A stretch of 64,000 nt of DNA from Camelus ferus (lineage: Eukaryota): the NCBI RefSeq assembly GCF_009834535.1, contig NC_045707.1, positions 51,896,001 to 51,960,000 of the forward strand, read 5' to 3'. The notes under the pieces were generated by a model. It did no database searches. It saw nothing but the letters and a program-made list of their open reading frames with translations, and was not told the DNA's origin. Of the stretch, positions 38,656-53,705 are shown in pieces (the stretch's first letter is position 1; each line of letters starts with the position of its first letter). A program made the translations under genes and the position numbers.

Positions 38656-41600
38656 ACAACAAAGCAAACCTGTTGAGTGTGATGACAAGGGCAGGATTCT
38701 GGAGTCCAGGCAGTTTACAGAAGAGAACAAAGCTCATACAACTAATACTAGTCACCAGTAAATTTGTCCTAAGAAACCAGGTTCTCTCAATTTTCAGTCC
38801 AGTTCTAATTCTACTGCAGTGTATTGCTATAATTAATCATGATCCCCTGATTAAGTGAGTTATGGTAAACTGAGAACAAAAAGAAAGAGTTGTTTAATAA
38901 ACCATTTCTTTAAAGTCGACTTTGGGGTTAATATCTGTGATCATTTTTCCTGACTTTAGTAATTCAGGTGCATAAAACTTGCTCCACAACTATAACTCAT
39001 TTCTTCTTATTTACATCTCTAAAGAGCGGGAATTCCACTATTAGTGAATAATGAATCACAACAGCTGGACTTTTATAGCTGAGGAGATATATAGAGTGCT
39101 ATAAATAAATCAATATTTTTATTAGTCTGCTATGGCCAAAATGTTTTTTCTCTTAAATTAAGCCTTAACGAATTTTGTAAGTGATCTTGGACTTCAATGA
39201 AAAGTTCATCAGCAAACTATTAAGGTATTCCTTTGTGAGGTATTAGAACAGAAAAGTAGCAGTGCTGGATGGCCTGCTTAGTAGAAAGAAACTTACCTAG
39301 ATTTTAAAGACCCAATTTGATCTCACTCTCTAATTATGCTTTCAGAACATTTGTGACACAAGAACAGAGTAACTTTTGTTATGGTAGAGGGGATGACAGT
39401 GGGTGTGAGAAGTAGAGAAATAACACAGCATCCCTCCACATAGAGGGAAAAAAAGAAAGCATCATATCTTACATAGCCTTTTTGTCGCAGGTAATGCCAC
39501 TTAATAAGTGCTTCCTTTAAATCTCTAACTTCTCTCATAAAGAGGAAATAAAAAATAACAGATCAAGAGAAAAAGATTGAAAGGATATTTCTTATTTTTC
39601 ATCTCCTTGCAAAGGAAAAATGTAAAAGAATTTCATATTTCTTAAAAGCTGCTTAACTACTTAGCTATTTAGAAAAGATACTCATTTCTAAAAGAATCAC
39701 TGTCTAACAGTGAATCAAATAATTTTTTCCTCATTACCCTCTAGTTGGAATTTATTCCACAGATGGCATATGTTAGTTTATATCATAAGAATATCAAAAA
39801 GTAAATCCCAGTGTGGTGCTTTTTCATACCACTTAAATTTTCTTACAAATTATTTGATTATATACCTAAGCTACATTCATTTGATTATTGTAAATCTGTT
39901 TTATTTTACAGACAAAATTAAGAAAAACAGGATTAACATCTATACACAGTGCCTTTTTCATTTTATTTAAAAACCACAGAAAATTTTGTTAATGGTATCA
40001 AGGCAGAAAACAGGTGTTACTTACAGAGTATCCAGTATTAGGTTTATCTCAAGCTTTTCTCCTGCAACTATTTTAACAAAAAGCAGTGGCCTAATTTCCA
40101 CAGAATTTGTAGGAAAATGTTTCTCCTTCAGTACTTATATACCCAGCTCTACTCTTGTTTGAAAAAATAGAATGGACTCAGGCTGGTAACAACCGCAGAA
40201 TTGACTGAATTCTGATTAAATGCTATATATTTCTCAGGTTCCTATAATATTAATTTTATTTAAATTTTAATGGTGACGTGATTTTTATCAAATTATTCAA
40301 TTCGTTTTTTAAATAAGAAACTTTATTTTAATAATGAAATCTTGGTTTTAATAGTGAAAGAAAATTATATTAAAATATTTTTTTAAAAGATAACATTCTC
40401 AATAGTCAGTCGGTTGTGTGTTTTTAAAATTAACTAACCATCAGAACAAACTAACATCATGAATTTAGTTTATTTCTAACACCTGAATTGCTTCTTGTTA
40501 GAACCCAGGGGACTTAAGCTTTCAGTCTGACAAAGTAATATGTGCCCTGTCTATCTTAACCACATCCGCATTAACATAAGAAGAAAAGGTTACCTCAGTT
40601 AGTGTGGCAAAATGCTCACCTCTCTATGGTGTCTTATCTACAGTGAAGGCAGTGTGAGGGTTCTGACAGTTATTTGGTCCTTTTTGTCACTCATATTTCT
40701 CTGAAGTAACATTAGCTTTTGTAAAGACCTGATCATCTAGGACTACTTTACCACTCTCCTACATAATCTTTTATAGGTGAATAGAAATACTAAACCGAAT
40801 GTATTCATTCCTTCAAAGTACGTTTGTGAAGATCTGCTCTATCCTAGGCATACTGATAGAAGTATTAATGAGAACTACTTTGCTTTTTTTCTAGATGGGG
40901 AAACATATCAAATAATTACATGTAACAATTGAAAATTATAGTAAGAGCTAGCCCATAAAGGATGTAAGAGGGAAATGGAATTGAAAATAGCAGAATGAAA
41001 AGGAGAGAAAAAAAATCTATGGCTCTTTTTAATTACGTTGACACATCAAAGTTTAAAGTGAAGTATAACAGAAATTTTTTTAAAAAAGGAAAATGGTTCT
41101 TCACTTTCCATTACCTGACAGGAAAATTGGGAAAAGGTATATTTAATTCTGCATTTGTATTGGAATTTTTAAAAAATTGATAGAAAGAGGTACCCAAGTA
41201 AATATGGCTTTGGATTTAAAATTATTTGAACCCTGGCCTCCTCTTATTATATGGGACTTTTATTGTACTATGATAAATTCTCTTTTTACACTAAAGGCAG
41301 ATATGTCATTTTTGTTAAAATCTGAGTTTATGTCAGAGTTTAATGTTTCAGAAAGATTATTCATCATATATCATGTGTGGGTCTTGACCCAAATAACTAA
41401 ATTTGAAAAACTGAAACTGTTGTGAGTCAAATTGCTAGATGCAGTAAGAATATCCAGTAGTTTGTAATTTTTGTGTTTTAAAAAGAAATTCTGCACTATA
41501 ATATCTTAGCTTGGTAATTGGATATTTTTTCTTTAATATCTATTTGCATTCTAATCCCACACGCAAACTTCCCCCTAAAATGCTCTAACTCAATTGAGAT

Positions 41601-41934
41601 TATTTAGGCCATTACATTGGATTATTTTTGAAGTTGTAGTCAAAAATCACCTGTTTGATTTTTCTTATTAGTTTAATCATCATCATCACATCACTATCTT
41701 CCAAGCCAGTGCCTTGAAATTATTTTACGTTATGCCTTCTACCTCAGTCTTTTTTTGATTTAACTATTTTGTGAGTTGGCTATATGATACTATTTATTTC
41801 ATATAATTTTCTGTGACATTTTCCCACTTTTTGTTTTTAATTGGTGACTTAAAAATTTCTCAACTGAAATAAACCAAGAATGTGACTAATTTTTGTGGTG
41901 ACTATGAAGTAAGAACACTGTTGCAAATGTGCAC

Positions 41935-42130
41935 ACATGGAAGAAACACTATAGTGGAGTTAGGAGACCATGGGTTTGTAATAAAGTCTCATTTTCTGCT
42001 CCTGATTTCTTATTTATTAGCTTTATGACCTTGGACAAGTCACTGTGTATCTTGACAATATTGTGGTGAAGAGAATGTGATAATCAAGATTAACATAGGC
42101 ATAAAGGGTTTTACAGTTCAAGGCTATAAA
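41935..42130 (+). mobile_element. MIR-like fragment
   Basis: 'ggagttaggagacc.tgggtt...ttagctttatgaccttggacaagtcact'. Confidence 0.55.
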
Positions 42131-42364
42131 CACAAAAAAGTGATTTCATATTAAATGCTTATTAAAATTCCTCAGAAAGTGTTTTTATCTGGGAATAGGC
42201 AAGCAGTGGATGGCTATGATTGGTAAAAGTCACTTACATTGCCATGATGATGGCCTTCATTAATTGTAAGTTGTCCTAACCTCCATAAAAACATTTATTT
42301 TTTAAACACTGAGGGCATAGTATGTATGAGTTCCTATTTCAAAAGTTGAGCTGTGGTTTAGATC

Positions 42365-42570
42365 ACATAGAATATGATTAATGTCTGAGACTCCAGAATC
42401 AGGCTGCTGAGGTTTGAATACTGCTTTATCATTAATAAACTTTGTAAACTTGACAAAGTTTTACTGCATGTCTCAGATCATAATCAGTAAAATCAGGATA
42501 TGGTATGTGTGGTATGTTTTAAAATTGAAACAATATCTGTGATAGAGGAGGAGTCAGTAAATTTTAGCTG
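42365..42570 (+). mobile_element. MIR-like fragment
   Basis: 'gactccagaatcaggctgctgaggtttgaatactgct...tctcag...gtaaaat'. Confidence 0.5.
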
Positions 42571-43569
42571 TAACAATTAGTGTTGGTTTTGTTGTTGGTG
42601 TTATTAAAGTTTTTAAAGGACAAAAATATATATACATTTGGAAATGAGCTTTGGAACTTTAGGAAGTTATATATGTTAGTTCTACATCTTATCAATTAAT
42701 AAATCATGTTAAAATTAATTAAATCTTTTCAAGCTTATCTCATTGAATTCTAAAGAGGAGCTTATTACTTACTACTATATGACTAAATGTGAAACATTTT
42801 CCAAGTTTCAAGTGGATAATGGAGAAAGAGAAGATATTTAGAGTGTTTTATAGATCTTTGGGATTTTATTTGAAGAAATAATGAATTCAGTATTCATTTA
42901 ACTATGTCCAGAACTTAAAATATTTTGATCATTTTTGGATTTAATGAGGGCTCATTTGGTTGTACTAAATTCAACTGTATTATGAAGTAGAGTATCCTTA
43001 AATTTCTAATTAGACAATAGTGCAGATAATTGCCATTTAAAAGCTTATATGAATACAGAATATGAGTATTTGATACTAATTCCTAAGTATTCAAATCAAA
43101 TTTTATTATATGTAGAATAGTCATTTATAAATAAATTAGACACAGCACTTTTTAATCTAAATGTTGTCTTTCCCACTTGATAAACATTGTGTTTGAGACT
43201 GCTTTCTTGAAATAAGAATATATAACTTTATATCCAAAGGAATGTGTTTCAGATGCCATTTTCTTCTTTGTAGAAAGTTCTATACTTCTGTCTCCTAGGC
43301 TAGCAAAGATAATATTGGATTGAAAACACTAAATTTCTATATGTTAAAGTTTGGATTCTTTAATAAATTGAGATTTCTTTGGGGAAGGTAATGATTTTTA
43401 AAATAATAACTATTTCAAAAAGGCTTTTCTCCTGGAAACATTAACAACTTTTTAAAAACTGTTGTTAATAGTTTCATATTGGTTTGTGAACAATTATTGA
43501 GTTTGTATAATGCGCAGTCTACTAAGTAAAGATTAAGAGAATGAGATGGAATATCATCATATCAACATT

Positions 43570-45480
43570 AAACCATTGAGGTCCAGATGCATAGGATCTC
43601 CCCAAGGTTGAAGTTAAGATAGGAGAATTGAGAATCCCTCTTTGTCATCAGCAGCAATCCAGTACTGGGGATGGGGCAGGAGCATACAGAGCGATCCACA
43701 CAGGGACTGCTGAAAATAGAGCAGAAACACTGAGAAAAACCTTCTAGCATCCCATTCCCAGTGTAAAACACAAAAAACATGAGTCAGCTGCTGGAGGAAT
43801 CTAGAACCTAAGGTGCGCTGAAGGGCTTAGATCAACCACAAAATACCAAATCCAACTTAGCTATTGACTTAACACCGGTAAGAATCTCCAAAAAGAAGCA
43901 GCATCATGCCCTTTTTAGGCATACATGTTATTTACCTCATATTATACAATATTATAATATATAGTGATAAGGAATATATAAGCAAAATGTACAAAATCTT
44001 TATGGATACAGTTTTAAGATTTTATTAAAAATGTGAAAGAAGATATTCCTGAATATAGAGATGTACTATTCAGATAATTAAAAAAAACCTTAATATATAG
44101 CAGATTATAGTTCTCCCTAAAATGACCTATAGACTTAGTACAGTTGATTTAAAAATGACCAATATGTTTGACATGGCATTTCTAAAATTTCAATGCAAAT
44201 GTTTAAAACTAGCTAAGTAAAAGGGTGCTTTATGGTTATTTGGTAAGACAAAGATGGAGTTGAGCAGAGAAAAAGGGACCATTTCTCTTTTATTATTGTT
44301 GTTGCAATTGTCTGGTGAATGCATGGGGAAAAATGAAGTTGGATCCTCACCTCACACAAAGTACATTTAAAATTAAAAAAAAAATGTAAATATGTAACTA
44401 TATTAAGGGCTCAAAATACAAGAAACCATATTCATAATATTTACAAGGATTTCTTTATACAGGTTAAAAAATAAAGCAATAGAAAATAATCATAGATCAT
44501 ACAACACTGACATTGCAAACTTCTATTTGTTAAAAAGCTCTTTAAGGAAAGTGAAAAGCAATGCCACAAAGTCTCTTGGAACATGTTTAACTGTTGAAGG
44601 ATTTGTTACTTCCCAGAATGTAAAAAAGAACATTTATGAATCAACATGTAAAGAAAACAAGCACTAGAAAAATAATGAAAAAAAATTCAAAGAAGAGAAA
44701 GCAAAATTGCCAATAAACTTTGAGAGATATGAATGTGTGTGTGTGCACATCAGTATGTAATCATATGTGATATAGGATGATCAGGATAATGTAGAATAAA
44801 ACCTGTGTTAAAAGAAGGTGCTACTTTCTACTCACCAAATGAGCATCTTTTAGAAGGCAGATGTTGGTAACAGCAGTTATGAAGTAGCAAGCACTCTAAA
44901 ACTCTGTCACTGCAGGTAGAGTGTTGATTAGTACAACCACTTCGGGAAACTGAATGCACCTACCTCAAAACTTAGAGACTAGACTCTTAGTTGTCTGATA
45001 GAGAAAACCCTCTATACCTCTGCACTGCACCAGCTAATCTATAATATATATGAAATGAATGTAAATGTCAACATATTTTCTGTTTGTCTTGCTCTAAACT
45101 TGAAACTATTTAAATATCCATTAAGAGTATGAGTAATTTGTCATTAATTCATACAATGGACTATTTTTAACAATAAAAATAAATTACAGCTACATATATA
45201 ATGAGTAAAAGAAAGAAGTCACAGAAACATACATACAGATTCCATTTACGTAAGACACAGAAGTATGCAAAACAAAATACTATATTGTTTAGTGGTGGTT
45301 AAAAAAGGGAAAATATAATTTGTAGACATTAATGTACATCTTTACCTCTGCTGGATGGGGGGAGGATGAGATTCACGAAGAAAAATAGTGATTTCTGAGG
45401 TGTAGCAAACCTGGCCTGGATACCATCATATTGTTACTGTCATAAGGCTTTATTTTATTACTTTTCACAGTGTATACGCA
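43570..45480 (+). mobile_element. Degraded old LINE-1 fragments (L1M/L1ME-like)
   Basis: 'ttggatcctcacctcacac', 'attagtacaaccacttcggga', 'attcatacaatggactatt', 'gattccatttacgtaa'. Fragmented. Confidence 0.6.
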
Positions 45481-45771
45481 CATTTTTACGTAGTCTTTGT
45501 TTGCTGCATGTTATTTTTAATTTACACTTGGTAACTTTTTCATACAATAATATATGCTTGCTTATGTAAATATTGCATAAAATATAAATTTATATACATT
45601 TAATAAATTATACTTATTTATATATAGTGTATGAACATTTTAGCTATTAATTCACATATCACTGTGAATTTTTAAATTTTCAACTATATAGTTTAATGTA
45701 AATAAATACACTTAGTGTTAAGTAGTACTTAAATATAAAATACAATATGTCAAATAAAAGTATAAATGTAT

Positions 45772-46858
45772 GTAAAACAAAAAGACAGCCTATGGAATGG
45801 AAGAAAATATTTGCAAAATATAAGACTTGACAAGGACTAAATTTCCAGAGTATACAAACAGCTCATACAACTTAATAATAAAAAAACAAACAACCCAATA
45901 CAAAAATTGTCAGAAGACCTAAACAAGCAATTCTCCAGTGAAGACATACAAATGGCCGATAGGCATATGAAAAAATGTTCAATATCACTAAATAGCAGAG
46001 AAATGCAAATCAAAACTACAGTGAGGTATCACCTCACACCAGTCAGAATGGCCATCATTCAAAAGTCCACAAATGATAAATGCTGGAGAGGCTATGGAGA
46101 AAAGGGAACCCTCCTGCACTGCTGGTGGGAATGTAGTTTGGTGCAGCCGTTATAGAAAATCGTATGGAGATTCCTAAAGATATTAAAAATAGCCTTACCG
46201 TATGATCCAGCAGTCCCACTCCTGGGCATATATCCAGAGGGAACCTTCATTCAAAAAGATACATGCACCCTGATGTTCATAGAAACATTATTTACAATAG
46301 CCAAGATATGGAAACAACCTCAATGTCCATTGACAGATGACTGGATAAAGAAGCTGTGGTATATTTATACGATGGAATACTACTAAGCCATAAAAAATGA
46401 TAAAATAATGCCATTTGCAGCAACATGGATGGACCTGGAGATTGTCATTCTAAGTGAAGTAAGCCAGAAAGAGAAATAAGAATATCAGATGATCACTTAT
46501 ATGTGGAATCTACAAAAAAAAAAAAAAAAAAATGACAAGCGAGCTTATTTACAAAATAGAAACAGACTCATAGACATAGAAAACAGTTTTATGGTTTTTG
46601 GGGGGGAAGGGAGTGGGAAGAAATAAATTAAGAGTTCGAGATTTGCAGATACTAACTAATGTATATAAAATAGATAAACAGCAAGTTCATACTGTGTAGC
46701 ACTGGAAACTATATTCAATATCTTGTAGTAACATGGTGAAAAAGAATATGAAATGTATATGTGTGACTGAAGCATTATGCTATACACCAGAAACTTACAC
46801 AACATTGTAAACTGATTATTTCAATAAATATATATAAGATAATTCCATCCTTTACTAA
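45772..46858 (+). mobile_element. 5'-truncated camelid-type L1 (ORF2 C-terminus and 3' UTR)
   Basis: ORF 45907..46155 is the L1 ORF2 C-terminus ([55 protein letters not shown]). Perfect 14-bp TSD aaaagtataaatgt at 45756-45769 and 46859-46872. Confidence 0.95.
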
Positions 46859-49055
46859 AAAAGTATAAATGTTTGAAGTTATATAAACATTCTTTTATAG
46901 TTAATTTATAGCTATTGAGTGTGTACTAAATGCAAGGACTACTGGTATATAGGCACGTAGAGTTTAGTGTAAAATACGGTTGAAAACACAAAACACTTGC
47001 CTGAAAATTTAAAAATAAAAATAATTAGATATATTTAATAAATAAGAGCATCTTAGCAAAAAGTACTTTTAACACTAGTTGTCATTTAATCATATTAATG
47101 ACAAAACCATATATCCATTATTTTCTTTGAAACATGGAAGATGTCATTTTAAGAAATATTAGAGTTAATTATATATAAGTATTCATTGTAGCTTTGTAAA
47201 TTTGTGATTATTCTTATTCATGTATGGATATCTAGCATAAAATCCTCTACCATATTCATATTTTTTCTTTAGTGAAATAGGCTAAAAGATATAGAGTTAG
47301 TTAAAATTTCTCCATAAAAATGAATAAATTTGGGGCTAAAAATCTGACATGGGTTATAAAGACATTACTAGAAATGGAAGCAGAATAAATCAGATGGACT
47401 GACACATTGTTTGAGGAAACTGCTATGTGAACTCCCACAAAAAATATGTCATGCTGACTTTCATGGAGAAAATAATCTGAGCTCTGTGGGTGACAGTTTT
47501 GGGGGTGGATAGAGGAAACAATTTTCAAAATATTACATGTTCTACCAATAAAATTATTCTACATGTGCTGAAGAGTTCTTCTGGATATGGTAATGTGATT
47601 TGACTGTAAAACAATGAATATGAGAAAGAATGCACACGCATACCTACAGGATCCTTTAGTGTTATTTCCTTAGACTGAGATGTGGACAACAGTTGTTAGA
47701 AAACATATATGCTGTATGTCTTCAGTGCCATATGAGAATACTTTCAAAAGGTAAAGCTCTATGCCATTTCACTAGTGGGGAAATTAGGCTCTTCCGCTAG
47801 TGTGGCTCCCATCTGTTGTAGCTGTGCAGTAGTAGCAGGACTGTGTTTACATCAAGCATGCACAGTGTAGTAACAGGAATCCAGTGATTGAATTTAGCAT
47901 TTTGGTATCACTGCCAATACTTTCTGGTTGTGAAAACTTACAAAATTGCTATAAATTATGTTTAATAAGGGAGTATTTCCATGGGGTGTAATTTGCTTGA
48001 AGAAACTTTGGAACATAGCGTATCTGTTACTCTGTGAATCTTATTTTGTAACACCACACTTTTTACCTTTTACTCTTCAATGCTCAAAGCTGTCAGAAGC
48101 CCTACTAGCAAAAGCAACTAATTGCATTCTCTATCTGCAAACCTAGTCAAGAAAGGGCAAACTAGCTTTCTCTCAGAAGTAGAAAATCATCTCCAAAAGG
48201 CAGAATCCAGCACAAAAATAGTTTTTATTAGTGTCCTCCCCACCAACACATGCTTTTTAAATGGTTTTAATTAAGGTGGTTCTAAGGGAGAAAGCTTTAT
48301 AGTTTATAAAGTATGGCAATAAGGGATGTAAGTATTTGATGCACCTTAACATAGCCTTAAAAATTAATGAACCAGACTGTAAAAGCAGCAATTGTTTAGC
48401 AGTAGAAGTATACTTAGCAGAATGCACAACAAACCTACACACAATAGTTAACACTTGGCTGGAAAGAAGAGTAATGATTTAAATATAAAACTTACCACAG
48501 ATATGTAACATTATATCTGATGAAAGTTCCTTTCAGAAACAATTTGAAGCATCAGTGATAAAAAATAATTTGGGTATTAATTTGATGTATATGAGATGTT
48601 TTTACCCCTTAAATAGAATCTTTTTAGAATTCCTCTGTTTAATCAACTAAGGATGGATACTGGTCATAGGCTAAATTTCAATATATCATATTATTATAGT
48701 TAGTATAATAATATAGATTGAATTTGGCATATATATGCATAAAATTATATAAATGTACTCCCTACATGTATGCAAATGTACACATGTACACGAAAGATAG
48801 TTCCTCTCATACAACTAATATACACTTCTATTTGATACAAGTTCTTTCTAACTAAAATCTGGTACTTACTAGAAAAATAATTATTTCTAGTATGCGATCT
48901 TAAAACATTTCAGGAAGTTTTATAATCTTGTGACCTGTGAAAAGTTCTTTTATGTATTTAAAATTGTAATCATGTAAAGCAACCTGGATGCATTCACATA
49001 TAATTAATCAAAAACAGTGCATGCTATATACTGATTTTTTTAATAAAAAATCTAT

Positions 49056-49100
49056 TTTTGAGCAGCACTATATCAAAATTTGAAAATTTTGAGGAGACTG
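49056..49100 (+). pseudogene. Possible degraded U6 snRNA 5' fragment
   Basis: 'gcagcactatatcaaaatttgaaaattttgaggagact' versus U6 'gcagcacatatactaaaattggaacgatacagagaagatt'. Short and AT-rich. Confidence 0.3.
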
Positions 49101-50039
49101 AAAAGTAATATACTTTTAAAAATAAAAATAATGATATTTTCCTGTAAATGATGAGCACTATGCTTAATGGATTGTTATTAAAAATTAGGGCATTCAGAGA
49201 TGTGATTTGAAAAGTGGTGTGTGAGACAGAGATGAGAAACCTCTAATATTCAGTGATGAGTGCTGTGCTAATTAAACTGCACAATCAAGTAATGTCAAGG
49301 ATTTAACGATTATTATGCAGCTGCTTCAGAATGAGTGTGGAAAATGAGTGAGGATTAGTTATTGTTTACTGCGTGTTAACCCCTTTAAAACTTACATATA
49401 CTCAAGCTGAATAGTAAGCAAGCAGGAGAGTAAGAAGAAAGCACTACAGGCTAGCCCATTTTCTCCCCAGTTGGAAACCCCTCTTTCCATCTTAATCCAG
49501 TCTTCTTATTTGGTCACTTGAGTTTTTTTCTTCAGTACCAATCTACTATTTCATTAAATGTTGTGGTTGGCAATTACTCCTCAGTTTCAAATTCCAAAAA
49601 TTATGGCTATTACAAGGTACTAGCCTCCAAATCCCATTTAAGACCCAAGAGTTCACCACAAACCCACCGTACAAAATTCCTTTACAAGTATAAAATGCAG
49701 CAAGATAAAACAGGTGCTTAGAATACCATTTGACTGTGATTCTCTCTCTCCACTTGCGTTAGTGGCTTTAGTAAACTTTTTTTTTTTGGGGGGGGTGGCA
49801 ATCCTTAGTAGAGAAAACATTTTTTTTTTAATGTAAGGCAAAATTGCTTTATTATTTGCAGCCATAAAGTTGGTGGTTACATTTTGCCTTAGCCATTGAA
49901 GACTTGAACATCTTTATCATGCATATTTATGAAAAGGTGAACTGCAGACGAAGTTGAAAATCCCTCACATTTCTTCAGAATGACTGGGTACCAGAAATTT
50001 TAGCTGTAAACAAAGAACTTGGTTCATTAATGGGTTTTT

Positions 50040-52545
50040 AGCTTATGACATCAAAGCAAAATCCAGAGAAGAAAAAATTGACAAGCTGTTCTTTATTAAT
50101 ATTAAATAACTATCTGCTCTGAGGAAGACACTGTTAAAATAATAAAACTGCAAGGCAGATACTGGTAGAAAATATTTGCAAAACACATATTTGATAACTC
50201 ATATACAACATATATAAAGAACTCTTAATCCACGATAAGAAAACAGCCCCATTTAAAAATGGGCAAAAGATCTGAACAGTCACTTCATCAAAGAAGACAT
50301 ACAGATAGTGAACAAGCACATGAAAAGATACTTAGTATCTTTTGTCATTAAGGCATTGCCAATTAAAACAGCAATGAGATGCTATTAGGATGGCTAAAAT
50401 CAAAAAACTTATGAATTACTGGTGAGGATGCAACAACTGAAACTCATTCATTCCTGTGGACATTTTGGAAGACTGTTCTATCGTTTCTTATGAAGCTAAA
50501 ACATAATTCTATAGTATAATCCAGCAGTCACTCTTCTAGAGATTTCCCCAACTGATTAGAAAAATTATGTCCCAAGAAAAATATTCTGTGAATCTTTATA
50601 GACATTTTATTCATAATCAAAACAAACTGAAAGCAACCAATATGTCCTGTAATAGGTATTGAATGGATAAACAGCCTATCGGTGCCTCAATGCAATAGAA
50701 TATTTTTCAGTGTTAGGAAAGAATGAGCTGTTAATCCATGAAAAGACATGGATGAATTTTAAATTCCTATTGCTAAGTGAAAGATGCTATAAAAGGATAC
50801 ATGCTGTATAATTCTAGTTATATGGCATACTGGAAAATGCAAAATTATAGACTATGGAAATATCAGTATTTTCATCGGTTTCAGGGGCAAGGAGAAAGTT
50901 GAATAGATGAAACATGGGATTATTTTTAGGACAGTTTTTGTAAGTATTTAATGGTGAATACATGTTACTACACATATGCCAAAACACATAGAAATTTAAT
51001 GAACAGAGTGGACATTGATACATGTAAACATAAAATTGGAGGAGGATCAGGCATCCCAGGATGGAATAAGAAATTGACCACCACTCTAATTCATTATAAA
51101 TGCTTGTAACAATATCATGGAAAAAGGGATTTAGGGGGAAAAAAAATGCTGACCTAATTAAATTTGGAAATGAGTAGAGTCTATATATAAGCACTGTACT
51201 TTAGGTGATAAATTTGTTTCCATAGGGGGTGCATGTTAACAATTCTGATACCACTACACATGTATAATGGATTTAAACAATTAAATTCTGCTTACTTGCA
51301 GCAGATGGGAGAGAAAAAGAATGAAATAACAGTGGAAGGAATTAGTATAAACTCATATGTAGCTAATGTAGACACATTGTTAAATAGAGAAATATTTATC
51401 AACGTGTATTTACATGTGTTGGTAAACACATATATTCCCTTGCTTTACCAGCTGAGAGGACTAAGAAGCAAGAGCACCCCAGTAACAATGAACACTCCTC
51501 GCAGCCAGATATTGGTTTCTTAATATCATTCTTCAATAAAAAGAACCAGGAATCCTTGGGAAAATGGCTGATTGTAGGATGGGGTAGGAAATACACAAAT
51601 TAGTGTAGAGCATTTTATAGTCCCAGAAAATAAGTTCTCAAAAAAATTTTTTCCACAATGTTGGGGATATGTCGAAAGGACACAGGAGCCAACTGAAATG
51701 CTCCCTATCTCCAAAGCTGAACAATTTGAACAATAAAATTAAGTAGCACCGGATTATCACCTAAAGTTTAAAATAAATATGAATCCATCCTGATATAAAT
51801 GATTAGCTAAATGAATAAATTGAGGTAAGACAAATCTATGCAGAAAATTTCCAGACAATTTATATAGATATTCTACCCTCAAGGAGAGGAGAGTAACTTC
51901 CTGTTCCCTAAGTGTGAGTTGTGCATGATGACTTCATTCCAATACAGTATGACAAGACACGTTTTTAAAAAGAATAACTTTAGAGTGAAGAAACTTGACT
52001 AACACTACTTCTGTCAGTTGATCAAGGTTAACATCAGCAGTGATAAGTCGTGTCTATCTTACGGACTCTTGACATAATAAGATGAAAATGACACTTTACC
52101 CCTATGGTCTTTCATGAGAAACCCATAAACTGAGGTTAATCACTAGAAAAAACACTAGGCAAATCCCAAATAAGGGGCATTGTACAAAATACCTGACCAG
52201 TACTCCTCAAAACTGTCAAGATCATCATCAAAAACAAGAAAGTCTGAGAAGCTGTCATAATCAAGAGGAGTCTTATGAAACATGAATAATAATGTGAAAT
52301 GTGGTATCCTAGATGGACTCCTAAAACCAAAAAAGAACATTAGTTAAAAACTAAAGAAATTTGAGTAAATGGTATAATGTAATGTATCAATATTGGTTGG
52401 TTCTTTAATTATGATGAGTAATCCATACTAATATAAGATTTTAAAAATAGAGAAATTAGTTGAGAGATTATATGGGAACTCTGTAAAATCCTTACAATTC
52501 TTCTATAAATCTAAAACTGTCCCAAAATATAAAGTTTATTTTAAA
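50040..52545 (+). mobile_element. Old LINE-1 with long 3' UTR (L1MC3/L1MC4-like)
   Basis: ORF2 end 'aaaatgggcaaaagatctgaacagtcacttcatcaaagaagac'. 3' UTR motifs 'tacaaaatacctgaccagtactcctcaaaactgtcaag' and 'tatatgggaactctgt...taaatctaaaactgt...aaagtttatt'. Confidence 0.85.
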
Positions 52546-53705
52546 CAATAGAATCAAAATAGGAAAATAATTTTGTAGTTTTAATATTATGAATATTCTG
52601 CACACATTAGTGACAAATTAAGCAATATACATACCCCTTAGATTTTTTAAGGTGTCTTTTGCATGTGGATTACCTTCCCAATTTCCTTATTACAGCTACA
52701 TCAGTGTTTATTTACTTAAAAAGAATCAAGTATTTATTCTTTGAGAGCACATTGTTAATTAGGATGTTTTGGAAATTTTCAACTGATGCTATGGGTAGTG
52801 TATTTTGCCAGTAAGATTGAATTTGAAATGGTTGGGATAATAATTAAAACTTCCTGTAAGCATATTAATACATTTAGAATGATAACTTGGTAGTGCACAT
52901 ATAGTTAAAATGAAGGATTGTTGGTGCTTAGCGCCTAACTGGAGAGCATAAACTCTGTGGTTGATGATCACTATTTTTTATTTCTTACCTTTCAAAATTG
53001 ACGTGGTGATTCCAGGTTTAGCATGTTCATTTAACCAATTATGTGATTCAAATTCGATAATGTGAAAACGGCAAAGTGTTCTCTAGGGTCACTGGCATAT
53101 CTGCTTGTACAGCTTCTGAAATAGCTTCCACATTTGAGAACTTTTGGATGACTTTCTAAAGGCCTTTATATATTGTTTATAGCCTGTTGAATTTTGAAAA
53201 CATGCTAGAGAACTAGAAGCAGTTTAACAGTTTGTATGCCCCTTGTGTGTTTTGCACGGCTATTTTCAGAAGATTGAATGAGACTTTCCCTAATATACGA
53301 TGCTTCTTCACTCTGCTGGTGCTGAAGAATACAATTGACCTTGCTCTTTTAAGTACGATATAGCCAGCTATCGTTATGAAGTAATTTTATTTTCTCATCA
53401 GATTTGCTGCTCCGCAGTATGTTTAGTGACTACCAAATCCCTGCTCTGGATTCTTAATTGCTCTTTGTTTATAACTGTCTTATGTCATATCATATTTTGC
53501 CTTGTGTACAGTTATTTCCCATTTGATCAATTTTAAGCTTTCTTACTGAATTGTTTCTAAGATCTTACAGGAGTAGTTAGTATGTTTCTTATTTTATTAC
53601 CTGGAGTGCCTTAACACAATGATTCAATGTAATTATTAAAATTTTTGTCTGACTGGAATATACTATGTAAACATATTGATAGTTCCAGTTTTTTTCCATA
53701 GATGA

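Noticed and set aside
52989..53183. Minus-strand segment ending in a strong donor (aag|gtaaga)
   Set aside because: All three frames hit stops, so it is not a coding exon. Non-coding use cannot be judged from sequence.
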